Positions 44,524-56,479 of a DNA stretch of 64,000 nucleotides are shown here, piece by piece. Numbering within the stretch: the first letter of the stretch is position 1; the number at the start of each line of letters is the position of its first letter. The stretch is from Octopus sinensis (Eukaryota): positions 19,778,001 to 19,842,000 of the forward strand of contig NC_043001.1 of NCBI RefSeq assembly GCF_006345805.1, read 5' to 3'. The position numbers were made by a program, and so were the translations under genes. Below the pieces are notes generated by a model. That model was not told the origin of the DNA, made no database searches, and saw only the letters and a program-made list of their open reading frames with translations.

Positions 44524-45144
44524 AGAATATAGTTCCTGATATACCTGCAGAAATATGGATGGAAGGCTTTCATAGTGGGTCTACTCAAGCTAGAAATAAC
44601 AAGAAAAATTTCCCCCTAATTACTCATCCTACAGTCTATCAAAAGGAAGGTCAACATGTATGAAAACCAATGTCAGTGATAAAGGAATTATCCTAAGATA
44701 GCGTGTTTGCGCTAGTATGTGTGTGTGTGTACTCGCGTACACACACACACATGAGCTTTAATTCAACCTGTGTATATTTTATCGTTTAGTTTTAAATTCA
44801 TTTCATACCCTTATCAAAATAATCTGATAAAAAAGTAGGTCAACATGACATGAACGGAGCAAAATTACCGCCATACGGACATTATTTTGGTATCTTTGAG
44901 AAAATATATAAAATCTATAATAATTCTATTTGCTTTGTGTACTATTTTGAATTTCCAAAAATTAAAAATAAATTTGCATATTTCAAAAATAAGATTTGGC
45001 AATTTTCGTTTTATAGATAAATTATACGAAAGTAAACCGGATATTGATAATAGTTGTTGACTAAATATATGTAACAGGTGCCCTTTGATTCTGCTTCAGA
45101 TCGCATCGGTGTTGCTTGCTGTCCTCTGAATCTACCCCTGCAAT

Positions 45145-45357
45145 ATGTCTCAAACACACAAATTCCACGTGGATATGACCTGTGATGGCTGTACGTCAGC
45201 TGCGAAGAGGGTCCTCTCAAAGGCCGAGAATATTGAGAAAGTTGAAGTGAGTTACGAGACGAAAACTGTATCAGTTACAACTACACAATCGGCTGACTAT
45301 ATTTTGGAAGTTTTAAAGAAAACCGGGAAAACTGTCACACATGTCGAAACACTGTAG
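45145..45357 (+). CDS. ATOX1: Copper transport protein ATOX1 (HMA-domain copper chaperone), single coding exon
   Basis: 70 aa MSQTHKFHVDMTCDGC...LEVLKKTGKTV has the MxCxxC Cu(I) motif and the C-terminal LKKTGK typical of ATOX1/Atx1. ATG has A at -3; ORF is intact. Confidence 0.93.
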   Translation: MSQTHKFHVDMTCDGCTSAAKRVLSKAENIEKVEVSYETKTVSVTTTQSADYILEVLKKTGKTVTHVETL

Positions 45358-45822
45358 AATGTAACTGGATCTGCCGACCGCTCTTGTAAGAACCAACATT
45401 CATTCGCTTCTTCGTTCTGTTTGGAATAATGATTTGTTTTAAAAGCCTCATTAATTGGTATAAAAGCCTCACTAATTGGTATATCCAGGCAACACCTACC
45501 ACGACTTTACCATTCTTTTTTTTCTTTCAGTTCGTGTATATACCGTCTTTTGTTTATACATTGGACTCACTGAAAATGTTTCATACTACGTAGAAAAAAA
45601 AAACATTAAAAAACAAAAATGAAAGTGGTCTTTACATGGTTAAACCAATGCATTCGATAATGTATTGTAAATCTCGTTACATTATTCTATTTGACTTCAA
45701 TGCTTGTATCTCATCGATATTTTTATGTCCAAAATATCCAAAATAAAAAAAATAAGATTTTATTTAGTTTTTTGCTTAATTTTTCAAATCTCTTTTTCAG
45801 TTCTTATGGTATGAGCCCGTTT

Positions 45823-45867
45823 GGGTAAAATTACAGATTAACACCCGCTAAATCTGTAATTTTACCC
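45823..45867. other. Perfect 17-bp-stem hairpin downstream of ATOX1
   Basis: gggtaaaattacagatt-aacacccgcta-aatctgtaattttaccc. Confidence 0.85.
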
Positions 45868-46612
45868 TAGTTTGTGCCAATTATATTGCATTATATCATT
45901 TTTTCATTTTGTCCTATATTTTTCTTGGATTTCCCAGTTTTGTTTCCCCACACACTCCCATTTTTTGCCAACGTGTAACCGAGTTATTTCCTTTCTTTAT
46001 ATGTTAAATGTGAGATTGTTTAACTTGATGTTTTTATTTTTAAAGCACACATGAGTTAGGCGACAATTTCTTTTACAGGTCACATGAATTTTCTCTAGTT
46101 GTGGCAGTTAGCATCATTAATTGGCCTTAAGTGATCTTTCTGAATCTTAAAATGCTCGTCTTCATTAGCAATACTAATTAAAATCCTATTTGGAAGTCAA
46201 GTTTGTTTTGTATTCAAACTATACAGACATGAATCTACAGATTTTTTGGAAGCTAATATGTTCGCTGGTATTAAAACTTTTTCTGTTGCTTCGTCTCGCC
46301 AGACCAAGAGCTGTAATTAGATTATTTATCAATAACCTCAAAGATATCGGACACCTGGCAGCAAAATTTAATGGGCGTTTTAAGACAGCAGGAGTGATTT
46401 CAACGAAATTCAGCTAATTCTTGCAGGTCGAGCCACTATAGAATTTCCCGAGTCGATTCGAAGCTATTGATATTTTCTGTGACAGGTTGAGCTACCAATG
46501 AAATAAACTGCGGAGATTCTTTTATCTCTTATATGTTTGTCATTGGACTGCAGCACCGTCTTGGATGTAGTTTAATTTGCTTCTCGTCGATTGTAAACCT
46601 AGATCTTATTTC

Positions 46613-46652
46613 GGTTAATATCTAGATCCGCACCCGGATCTAGATATTAACC
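46613..46652. other. Perfect 18-bp-stem hairpin with a 4-nt loop
   Basis: ggttaatatctagatccg-cacc-cggatctagatattaacc. Confidence 0.9.
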
Positions 46653-46902
46653 CTTATTTCTTTATTGCCCACAAGGGACTAAACCTAGATCTTGCGCGTG
46701 AAAACAAGTGCTACAGAATATAAATCTTTGTTTTTCATAACTCGTGACAAATTCTGTTTATTTCATTGCTTTGGTAATTAATCTTCAATAGAAGAAATTA
46801 ACTAAAGCTTGCTGAGTAAGTGTTTTCTGTATCATCTTGAAGCAATACTTTCTACGAAGATGTGAACATTCCGCCCCGATGAGGAATTGCTTGCACTAAA
46901 GA

Positions 46903-47172
46903 CATTCTTTCGATATAACTCGACAAAATCAAAACATTTCACTTTCAGTATTTCTGTGGGTTGTGGAGTATAGATATAACGAAATTATGCCAGCAATGTC
47001 TCATTTTAAACTTGAAGTAAAAAAAGCCTTGCATATTTGTTCTTATCTGCTTAATGTGTGTATGTAAAATCCGCGAATTTCCAAACAAAACAGAATCGAA
47101 CTGTCATTTGCTTCCACGGAAATACCCGATGTGAAATGTTTTGATTTTGTCGAGTTATATATCGAAAGAATG
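46903..47172. repeat. MITE-like element with ~40-bp inverted ends
   Basis: cattctttcgatataactcgacaaaatcaaaacatttcac (46903-46942) is the inverted counterpart of 47131-47172 (2-nt insertion). Confidence 0.55.
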
Positions 47173-47545
47173 CCGCACTAAAGGCAATCTAAGTGATCAA
47201 CCCGTCTTTTACAATGTTTTAGCTCTGAACTTGGTGTGTCTCAGTATGTGTGTGAGCCCACCAAATTTTTCTTTTCTTCGTATTAAATTCCGATATAATC
47301 GTTATCTACATCATCTGAGGGGTATGTGCAGAATATTTCATTAAAAAAAAAAAAACTATTTTTCTTGAAGTATGCAGAAACCGCTGACTTAGAATTTTCG
47401 TTACCTTCAGAAAACTTTTTACACAAATTCCAATATAATCAGAATCTGTACCGTATGAAACATCCAGTTTTCTGAAAGTCTCGGGGAAACAAAATCGGTG
47501 GAGGGGCCACATTTGTGGGGGTATGCCTGAAATTATGATTTTGTA

Positions 47546-48308
47546 GGGCTAATGCAGTTTCGCACCTCTCTTCGAAAAATGTATTTAAAAAAAAAAAAGT
47601 TTTCGGATTCTTACGTTTTAGATGTTGGAGATTATGAATATGCAAAAAAAAAAAAAATTATCCCCTCCCCCAATTAAAATTGTCGATTTTGTTTACTTTA
47701 AAGAGATCGTACCGAATTGACGAACATAAGCAAATCGAAATTAAATACAGACGAAAACATTAAAGTGAAAACAATTTGCGTTTTACTTGAATTTGCCCTA
47801 AATAATCGTAAATAATAATTTAATGTAAATTAATTATACTCTATTTTATGAGAAACATTAATGTTTAATAATTAATGTTATAAAGTTTAATAAGGGGCTC
47901 AAAATTCACCCCTCCTCCAGTTTTAAATTTTGAATTTCATTCATATCTATCTCTTTTTTCTTTCTTTCCTTTCTTCTTTCTTTCCTTTCTTCTTTCTTTC
48001 CTTTCTGCTTTCTTTCCTTTCTGCTTTCTTTCCTTCCTTTCTTTCCTTCTTTCTTTCCTTCCTTCCTTTCTTTCTACACATATCTATATGCTTATTGAAT
48101 TTAAAGTTTTGAAAACGTCATTTCTTGCTTATTCGAAATCTGTCATCTAAAACAAAGGGAAAGAAATTTCGGAAAAGTTCAAAATTTTGAACTTGGTTAA
48201 ATTTTTTTTTTCCTATTCGTAATCTCTGACATCCAAAATGTTAATAACGAAAAAAATTTTTCTTAAAAAATGCATTTTTCAAGGAGAGGTGCGAAATTGC
48301 ATTAGCCC
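47546..48308. mobile_element. Putative non-autonomous DNA transposon with ~95-bp imperfect TIRs
   Basis: gggctaatgcagtttcgcacctctc... (47546-47640) is the inverted counterpart of ...gagaggtgcgaaattgcattagccc (48216-48308). Confidence 0.55.
47950..48075. repeat. Imperfect (CTTT)n microsatellite
   Basis: Visible pyrimidine tract. Confidence 0.9.
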
Positions 48309-48342
48309 CAGTTTTTGAATTACATTGGTTGTGATGACTATC

Positions 48343-49969
48343 ATTTATCATAGTCCTCCAGGCAATAACGGAGGAATTCAAGACAGGATGCCCTTGGGAG
48401 CTCCTCTATGCTGATGACCTTGCTCTAATTGCTGAGTCGCTATCAGAACTGGAGGAGAAGTTTCAGGTGTGGAAACAAGGATTAGAATCGAAGGGCCTCA
48501 GAGTCAATCTAGCTAAAACCAAAGTCGTAATCAGTAGGAAGGTAGACAAATCACAAACACCTTCAGGTAGATGGCCCTGCTCGATCTGTAGAAAAGGTGT
48601 AGGTAGAAACTCTATAAGATGCACCAAGTGTAAGCTATGGACACATAAGAGATGCAGCAATGTCAAAGGAAGGCTAACTAGGAAGATGGTTTTTGTATGT
48701 GGCAGATGCTCAGGAACAATAAACACTGAAAATGCTCTGAGACCAACTTCCGTCACTTTCCAGGGAGAAAAACTAGAAATAGTTGATAGTTTCCGTTACC
48801 TAGGTGACCAAGTCAGCAGCGGGGGCGGGTGTGCTGAAAGTGTAACTGCTAGAGTAAGAATAGCTTGGGCAAAGTTCAGAGAGCTCTTACCTCTGCTGGT
48901 GACAAAAGGCCTCTCGCACAGAGTGAAAGGCAGACTGTATGATGCGTGTGTACGAACAGCCATGCTACATGGCAGTGAAACATGGGCCGTGACTGCTGAG
49001 GATATGCGTAAGCTCGCTAGAAATGAAGCCAGTATACTCCGATGGATGTGTAATGCCGGTACTCACACTCGGCAGAGTGTAAGTACCTTGAGAGAAAAGC
49101 TGGACCTAAGAAGCATCAGTTGTGGTGTGCAAGAGAGACGTTTGCGCTGGTATGGTCATGTGGCGAGAATGGATGAAGATAGTTGTGTGAAAAAGTGCCA
49201 CACCCTAGCGGTTGAGGGAACCTGTGGAAGAGGCAGACCAGGAAAACCTGGGACGAGGTGGTGAAGCACGACCTTCGAACTTCAGGTCTCACTGAGGAAA
49301 TGACTAGAGACCGAGACCTCTGGAAGTGTGCTGTGCGCGAGAAGACCCGGCAGGACAAGTGAGTCCATAACCCGTGGCCTTCTACATGGGATGGAGCCAG
49401 CCTACGTATGCATACCTTCCCTTCTTGGGACACAAAACTCTACTTGTGAAGACGTGATGAGGCAAGTGAGGATCAGAATCGAAATCGATCAATGGAAATT
49501 GCGGATGTGCTACCAGTGCCGGTGGCATGTCAAAACTCTGCTTGTGAAGACCCGTTGAGGCAAGTGACGATCAGAATCGAAATCGATCAATGGAAATCGA
49601 TCAATGGAAATTGCAGATGTGTTACCAGTGCCGGTGGCATGTAAGAGAACTTTCCGTTTCGCGACCGTTGCCAGCACCGCCCCGTTTCGTGTCCGTTGCC
49701 AGCCTCGCCTGGCCCTCGTGCCGGTGGCACACAAAAAGCACCATCCGTTCGTGGCCGTTTGCCAGCTCTGTCTGGCACCAGTGCGGGTGGCACGTAAAAA
49801 GCACCCACTACACTCACGGAGTGGTTGGCGTTAGGAAGGGCATCCAGCCGTAGAAACACTGCCAGATTTGACTGGGCCTGATGAAGCCTTCTGGCTTCAC
49901 AGACCCCAGTAGAACCGTCCAACCCATGCTAGCATGGAAAACGGACGCTAAACGATGATGATGATGATG
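48343..49969 (+). mobile_element. RTE-clade LINE, 5'-truncated (RT C-half, Cys-rich insert, 3' UTR, (GAT)n tail)
   Basis: LLYADDLAL, GLRVNLAKTK, FRYLGD, MLHGSETW, RRLRWYGHVARM and GRGRP motifs; continues into the 3' UTR that ends aacgatgatgatg. Confidence 0.93.
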
Positions 49970-50718
49970 GTTGTAACGATGTAATTGGCAAAGAAACTGA
50001 CAGTGCAGCTAGCAATTGCTGCATTCACATCTAATCGGAATGATTGTGTGTGTGTATGACAGTATTTTCAATGACTTAATATTTCTATATATTATACATT
50101 TGATAAATGGTCTGTAAAATATGGAAATATGTGTAGAGGAACTTTCAAAATATCTTGTAATTTTGTATTCATTTCAAATGTGTGTGTGTGTAAAAGATCA
50201 CCTCACAAAAGTTTGGCACAGACATCTGCAAAAATACATACTCATGAATACTGTATCTGCATTTTAAATGGTTTCTGTGATTCTTCAGTCTTTCCACAAG
50301 TAAGTACTGTTGTTGAGTCCTAGGGGACACACAGGGTCAGTACCTCAGTTCCCATGGCACATAAGTGACCAAGATCACATTTTCATTGAACAGGACACCA
50401 ATCCATCAATAGGGCGACCTATTTACAGCTGAGTAGACTGGAGCAGTGTGAAATGAAATATTTTGCTCAAGAATCCAATGCACCACCCACTCTAGGAATC
50501 GAAACCACAATCTTGTAATTACAATACTGGTATGGTAGGTCATGCACCTTCTCTTCATCACATCAGTTAAACTAAATTATTTGTCAAGGAAATTTTGTTT
50601 ATAAAAATATGACTTCAGGGGGAAAAATGGAAAACTTAATTAAAAATAATTTTTCAATTTGTTTTGTTCCATTCTTTAATTAAAAATATTAAATCATTTT
50701 TGCTTTTCATATATGTGT

Positions 50719-51127
50719 CCCTTCTTGGGACACAAAACTCTACTTGTGAAGACCTGTTGAGGCAAGTGAGAATCAAAATCGATCAACATCAATGGAAATT
50801 GCAGTTGTGATACCAGTGCCGGTGGCACGTAAAAGAACCATCCGAATGTGGCTGTTGCCAGTGCCACCCCGACTGGCCTCGTGCCGGTGGCATGTAAAAT
50901 GCACCAATCCAACCGTGGCCGTTGCCAGCCTTGCCTGGCACCTGTGCAGGTGGCACGTAAAAAGCACCCACTACACTCATGGAGTGGTTGGCGTTAGGAA
51001 GGGCATCCAGCTGTAGAAACACTGCCAGATAAGACTGGAGCCTGGTGCAGCCTTCTGGCTTCCCAGATCCCCGGTCGAACCATCCAACCCATGCTAGAAT
51101 GGAGAACGGACGTTAAACGATGATGAT
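50719..51127 (+). mobile_element. Truncated RTE 3' UTR
   Basis: Matches 49420-49969. Confidence 0.85.
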
Positions 51128-51231
51128 AATGGAGTTTATGATACTCAGCAAGTTAGATATGATTTACTTTTTTACTAGTGTCTTTTTTTTTCTACTTTTT
51201 AGCTAAGTTTTACCATGTTCCATGGTTTAAC

Positions 51232-51545
51232 ATCATCATCATCGTTTAACGTCCGCTTTCCATGCTAGCATGGGTTGGACGGTTTGACTGGGGTCTGGGA
51301 AGCCAGGAGGCTGCACCAGGCCCAGTCTGATCTGGCAGAGTTTCTACAGCTGGATGCCCTTCCTAACACCAACCACTTCGTGAGTGTAGTGGGTGTATTT
51401 TTTTACGTGCCAGGCGAGGCTGGTGACGGCCACAATCGGTTGGTGCTTTTTATGTGCCACCGGCACGGAGGCCAGTCGGGGCGGCGCTGGCAACGGCCAC
51501 GTTCGGATGGTTCTTTTACGTGCTACCGGCACTGGTATCACAACT
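51232..51545 (-). mobile_element. Truncated RTE 3' UTR
   Basis: Reverse-complement core. Confidence 0.82.
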
Positions 51546-51999
51546 ACAATTACAACAGGATCTGACTAATCCAAAGACTGTATCATGCTTTTTCTATAGC
51601 TAAATGCCTTTCCTAACACTATGTTACGATAGTTATTTTCATGACACCTAGTGAGGTTACTGTGCAGCTTACAAGACTATGGACCCCATTGGTGGGAATG
51701 GCTTTTTGCTTGGAAGCGATAGGGGTGGATATGACAAGGGAGCAGTTTTGAAATGTTTAAACTTATCCTATAATCTAGCAAAGTAACAAGAATTATTTGG
51801 ATACAAATCTTCTTTGTCTCCTCATTAACCCTTTAGCATTTAAACTGACCATATCTGGCCAAAATATTCCACCTGTTTTCTTTTCTAACTGGTTTGATCT
51901 GGCCTCTCGTACCTACTTGACAATGTTATTCTAAAAATAGTCACATTGTCAAAATCTCAAAACTATGAGATAATGCATGATTAATTCAAAATAATCCTT

Positions 52000-52372
52000 T
52001 CTACAATAGGCACAAAGCCTGATATTTTTAGGGAGGGGATTAGTTGATTACATCAATCCCAGTGCATGACTGGTACTTTATCGACCCTGAAAGGACGAAA
52101 GGCAAAGTTGACCCCCAGCAGCATTTGAACTCAACGTGATGACAGATGAAATACCTATTTCTTTACTACCCTCAAGGGGCTAAACACAGAGAGAACAAGC
52201 AAGGACAGAAAAATGGATTAAGTCGATGACATTGACCCCAGTGCGTAACTGGTACTTATTTAATCGACCCCGAAAGGATGAAAGGCAAAGTCAACCTCGG
52301 CGGAATTTGAACTCAGAACGTAGCGGCAGACGAAATACCACGAAGCATTTTACCTGGTGTGCTAACAATTCT
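52000..52372 (-). mobile_element. SINE family A dimer
   Basis: Two head-to-tail cores. Confidence 0.75.
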
Positions 52373-52559
52373 GTCAGTTTATCACCTAGGTTAATTCAAA
52401 ATAATGATAATATTATATTCAACAGTGTAATCTGAATGCTAAAGGGTCAATAAAGAAGTGCAGATAAAAGTATTCCCTAATATTGTTTTTGATGGGAGGG
52501 AGTTATTAGCTGGTTTGAGAATTACTGATTTCAATGAAATATGTTTTTTTCTTGTAATC

Positions 52560-53112
52560 TATTGGGTTGTCCGGAAAGTTCGTGCCGATTTATAGTAGCT
52601 TACTTTTTGACTTATTTTAGAATATGGTTGAGTCCATAAAATAGGATTTGACTACACCTCCATTTAGAGCACAGTTTAAGCTATCTTTTCTTCCTATAAC
52701 CTGTGTTAATTCTGTAACCCTTTATAATGGAAGATAAGAAAGTTCATTTTTGGCACTTGATGCTTTGGGAACCAGACAAAAATTGCTGCAGCTCGGCTGG
52801 GATGTGTTACCCCACCCTCCATATTCACCAGATATTGCTCCTTTGGATTTCCACTTATTCAGGTCTCTGCAGAATAGTCTTAATGGTAAAAATTTCAATT
52901 CCTTGGATGACGTAAAAAGATACCTTGATGAATTTTTTGCCATGAAACCACCTCAATTCTGGGAAGAGGGTATTTTCTAGCTAAAGGAAAGATGGAGACG
53001 CTTTGTGCAACAAAATGGTTCATATTTGGTTGATTAAAAATGTAATGGCAAGTATTTATTGACCTTTTACTTTCCTTTAAAAATCGGCACAAACTTTCCG
53101 GACAACCCAATA
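52560..53112 (+). mobile_element. Mariner (Tc1/mariner) internal-deletion derivative with intact TIRs
   Basis: TA + 30-bp TIR ttgggttgtccggaaagttcgtgccgattt and aaatcggcacaaactttccggacaacccaa + TA (1 mismatch). Transposase N-terminus MEDKKVHF is fused to the C-terminus HPPYSPDIAPLDFHLFRSLQN. Confidence 0.92.
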
Positions 53113-53569
53113 TTTTCCAAACTACAATTGTGACTTTCTTTCAGTGACATTGTTTTCTTTTCACTCTGGCTATGATCTTTGTATCTTTGATTATATTCTC
53201 TTTGGACATTAAACTCTGTATTTCTTTCTTCCTTTTCCTCCTCTACCTCCTATAGAAATAATGAAGTTACTGCTAATATTGATATAGCAAGACATTTTAG
53301 GTTAGGTCAATAATAAAAACAGGAAATGTAATATAAAAAAAAAATCCAAGTTGACTAAAGGTAGACCTTCTACATCAACATGTTACTAACCTTTCAATTG
53401 CTATGTCTGAAACATCAATCAAAATCCCAGTTGTCTCACAGCATAGATGCTGTCAAGGCTGTATGGTTAGAAAGGTCACTTTGTATCTATGTGCTTTTCT
53501 GTTTGGCTGTGTCAACTTGAATAAGAGAGTCTTCAATCAAATCTTTGTGAGTGAAATTTATTCTTTTCT

Positions 53570-54115
53570 ACTCTAGGCACAAGGCTTGAAATTTTTGCGA
53601 AGGCCAGTCGATTATATCGACCCCAGTGTGTAACTGGTACTTATTTAATCGACCCCGAAAGGATGAAAGGCAAAGTCGACCTTGGCGGAATTTGAACTCA
53701 GAACGTAACAGCAGACAAAATACGTATTTCTTTACTACCCACAAGGGGCTAAACACAGAGGGGACAAACAAGGACAGACAAACGGATTAAGTTGATTATA
53801 TCAACCCCAGTGCATAACTGGTACTTATTTAATCGACCCCGAAAGGATGAAAGGCAAAGTCGACCTTGGCGGAATTTGAACTCAGAACGTAACAGCAGAC
53901 AAAATACGTATTTCTTTACTACCCACAAGGGGCTAAACACAGAGGGGACAAACAAGGACAGACAAACGGATTAAGTTGATTATATCAACCCCAGTGCATA
54001 ACTGGTACTTATTTAATCGACCCCGAAAGGATGAAAGCCAAAGTCAACCTTGGCAGAATTTGAACTCAGAACGTAGTGGCAGACGAAATACCGCTAAGCA
54101 TTTCGTCTGGTGTGC
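53570..54115 (-). mobile_element. SINE family A head-to-tail trimer (181-bp period)
   Basis: The two 181-bp units are nearly identical; ORFs at 53568 and 53749 share sequence. Confidence 0.85.
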
Positions 54116-54159
54116 TAATGTAATGACAAAAACTGTGGATGCCAGTCAGAGACTTCCTG

Positions 54160-54278
54160 CTCTTGGGTGGTCATCATTTCTCACCTGATTTAACACCACT
54201 TCTCACAATTGAGAGTTTTCTTCTTGGGTGGTCATCTCCATTTCTCACCTGATTTAACACCACTTCTCACAATTGAGG
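54160..54278. repeat. About 60-bp tandem duplication
   Basis: cttgggtggtcatc...atttctcacctgatttaacaccacttctcacaattgag occurs twice. Confidence 0.85.
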
Positions 54279-54586
54279 ATTTTAACTGAGTTTATTCTGT
54301 TGCAAAGATTCAGGTCAAGGTTTTCCTTCCTCTAAGAAACATTATCTACATATAAAGTCCTTAGTATCTCTGTCTGTTCCCAATGCATTCTCAAATGCCT
54401 CAACCAAATCAAATCAGATTTTACATGGTAATACTATCACACCGCAGAAGTGTCATGTAATTTTTTGGGGATTAAAATAATGCAACATTGGCACTGGTTC
54501 TGTATCATATCTCAAAACTTGAAAAATAAAAGTGAAACCTTCAATGGAGTAAGTTATAAATAGTTTCACTTTTAATAGTGCCACTA

Positions 54587-54639
<53 letters not shown>

Positions 54640-54640
<1 letters not shown>

Positions 54641-56317
54641 TCAGGCTTGGAAGAACGGTGGTAGCAGGGAATTGCATCAGACTGCCAGAAGAGAAGCTAG
54701 GAGACAGGTTTATTTAGCCAGATGGTAAGCAGATAAGAAAAAATTTGCCAATGTACTGTGCCATAAGGACCAAAGACTTGAGGTATTTCGTGTTGCAAGA
54801 CAGTGTGTGAGAGAGAATTGTGATGTGGTAGGAGAGAAATGTGTCCACATGGATGATGGCTCTCTTGCACTAAATGGGGCTGCAAAGAGAGAGGTTTGGA
54901 GACACCACTATGAACGGTTGCTAAATAAAAAAAATGAATGGGAGAAAGAGAGTCTGCCGAATGTCAACTCAACAGAGGGACCAGCTACCCGAGTTGACAG
55001 TACCTTGGTAGATAAAGCAATTAAAAGTATGAAGACAGGGTAAGTCCCCGGCCCATCAGGAATTACTGCCAAAATATCTGGCAATATCAGCTATAGCCTG
55101 GTCACCCGTATAGTTAACTAGGTGATACACGAAGGAGTTATACCCAATGACTGGTGTAGCAGCATAATAGTCACCTGCTACAAAGGTAAAGGTGACGCTT
55201 TAGATACAAATAATTACAGAGGTATCAAGCTGTTGGACCAGGTAATGAAGATCATGGAGAGAGTCTGTTTAGATGAGATGCAGTTTGGCTTCGTGCTTGG
55301 GAAAAGCACCACTGATGCTATATTTCTGGTAAGACAGCTGCAGGAGAAATACCGAGCCAAAGATAAACCTCTGTACCTGGCTTTCGTTGACATGGAGAAA
55401 GCCTTTGACAGGGTCCCCCAATCCCTTATCTGGTGCTCAATGAGGTAACTAGGGATAGATGAATGGTTAGTGAGAGCTGTGCAAGCCATGTACAGGGATG
55501 CTGTCAGTAAGGTGAGGGTTGGCAACGAGTACAGTGAAGAATTCAGGGTAGAAGTAGGAGTCCACCAAGGTCCAGTCCTCAGCCCCCTCCTATTTATCAT
55601 AGTCCTCCAGGCAATAACAGAGGAATTCAAGACAGGATGCCCCTGGGAGCTCCTCTATGCTGATGATCTTGCTCTAATTGCTGAATCAATATCGGAACTA
55701 GAGGAGGAGTTTCATGTATGGAAACAAGGTCTAGAATTGAAGGGCCTTAGAGTCAACCTAGCTAAAACCAAAGTCCCAATAAGTAAGAAGACAGGCAAAC
55801 CACAAATCCCTTCAGGTAGATGGCCCTGCTCAATCTGTAGAAAAGGCGTAGGTAGAAACTCTATAAGATGTACCAAGTGTAAGCTATGGACACATAAGAG
55901 GTGCAGCAATATCAAACGAAAGCTAACTAGGAATATAGTTTTTGTATATGGCAGATGCTCTGGTGCAATAAACACGGAAAATGTGCAGAGAACAACTTCC
56001 ACCACATTCCAGGGAGAAAAACTAGAAATAGTTGATAGCTTCCGTTACCTAGGTGACCAAGTCAGTAGCGGGGAAGGGTGCACTGAAAGTGTAGCTTATA
56101 GAATAACAATAGCCTGGGCTAAGTTCAGAGAGCTCTTACCTCTGCTGGTGACAAAGGGCCTCTTGCTCAGAGTAAAAGGTAGACTATGAACAGCTGTGAC
56201 TGCTGAGGACATGCGTAAGCTCACAAGGAATGAAGCCAGCATGCTCCGATGGATGTGTAATGTCAGTGTGCATACTCGAAAGAGTGTTAATGCCTTGAGA
56301 GAAAGGTTGGACCTAAA
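54640..56317 (+). mobile_element. RTE-clade LINE, degenerate RT (stops, frameshifts, deletions)
   Basis: DWCSSIIVTCYKGKGD, NYRGIKLL, QFGF...STTDAIF, AFVDMEKAFDRVP, GVHQGPVLSPLLF, LYADDL. Confidence 0.92.
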
Positions 56318-56479
56318 ATGTCTCAAAAATACCTTGGGTCCTATATGCAAAGTTAAGTCTCTCATAAACTAATTTTGTTCCTGACGATCTTTTTCCTGAA
56401 TATGTCCTGCTGAAATTTGGTAGCGTTTACTATTCCAGTGCTCATTGTACACAGACAGATACGGTGCTCACTTTTTTGG

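Noticed and set aside
45145-45357. Bacterial CopZ contamination or HGT
   Set aside because: The LKKTGK C-terminus and overall pattern are ATOX1-like, and the flanks are continuous with host repeats with no prokaryotic context.
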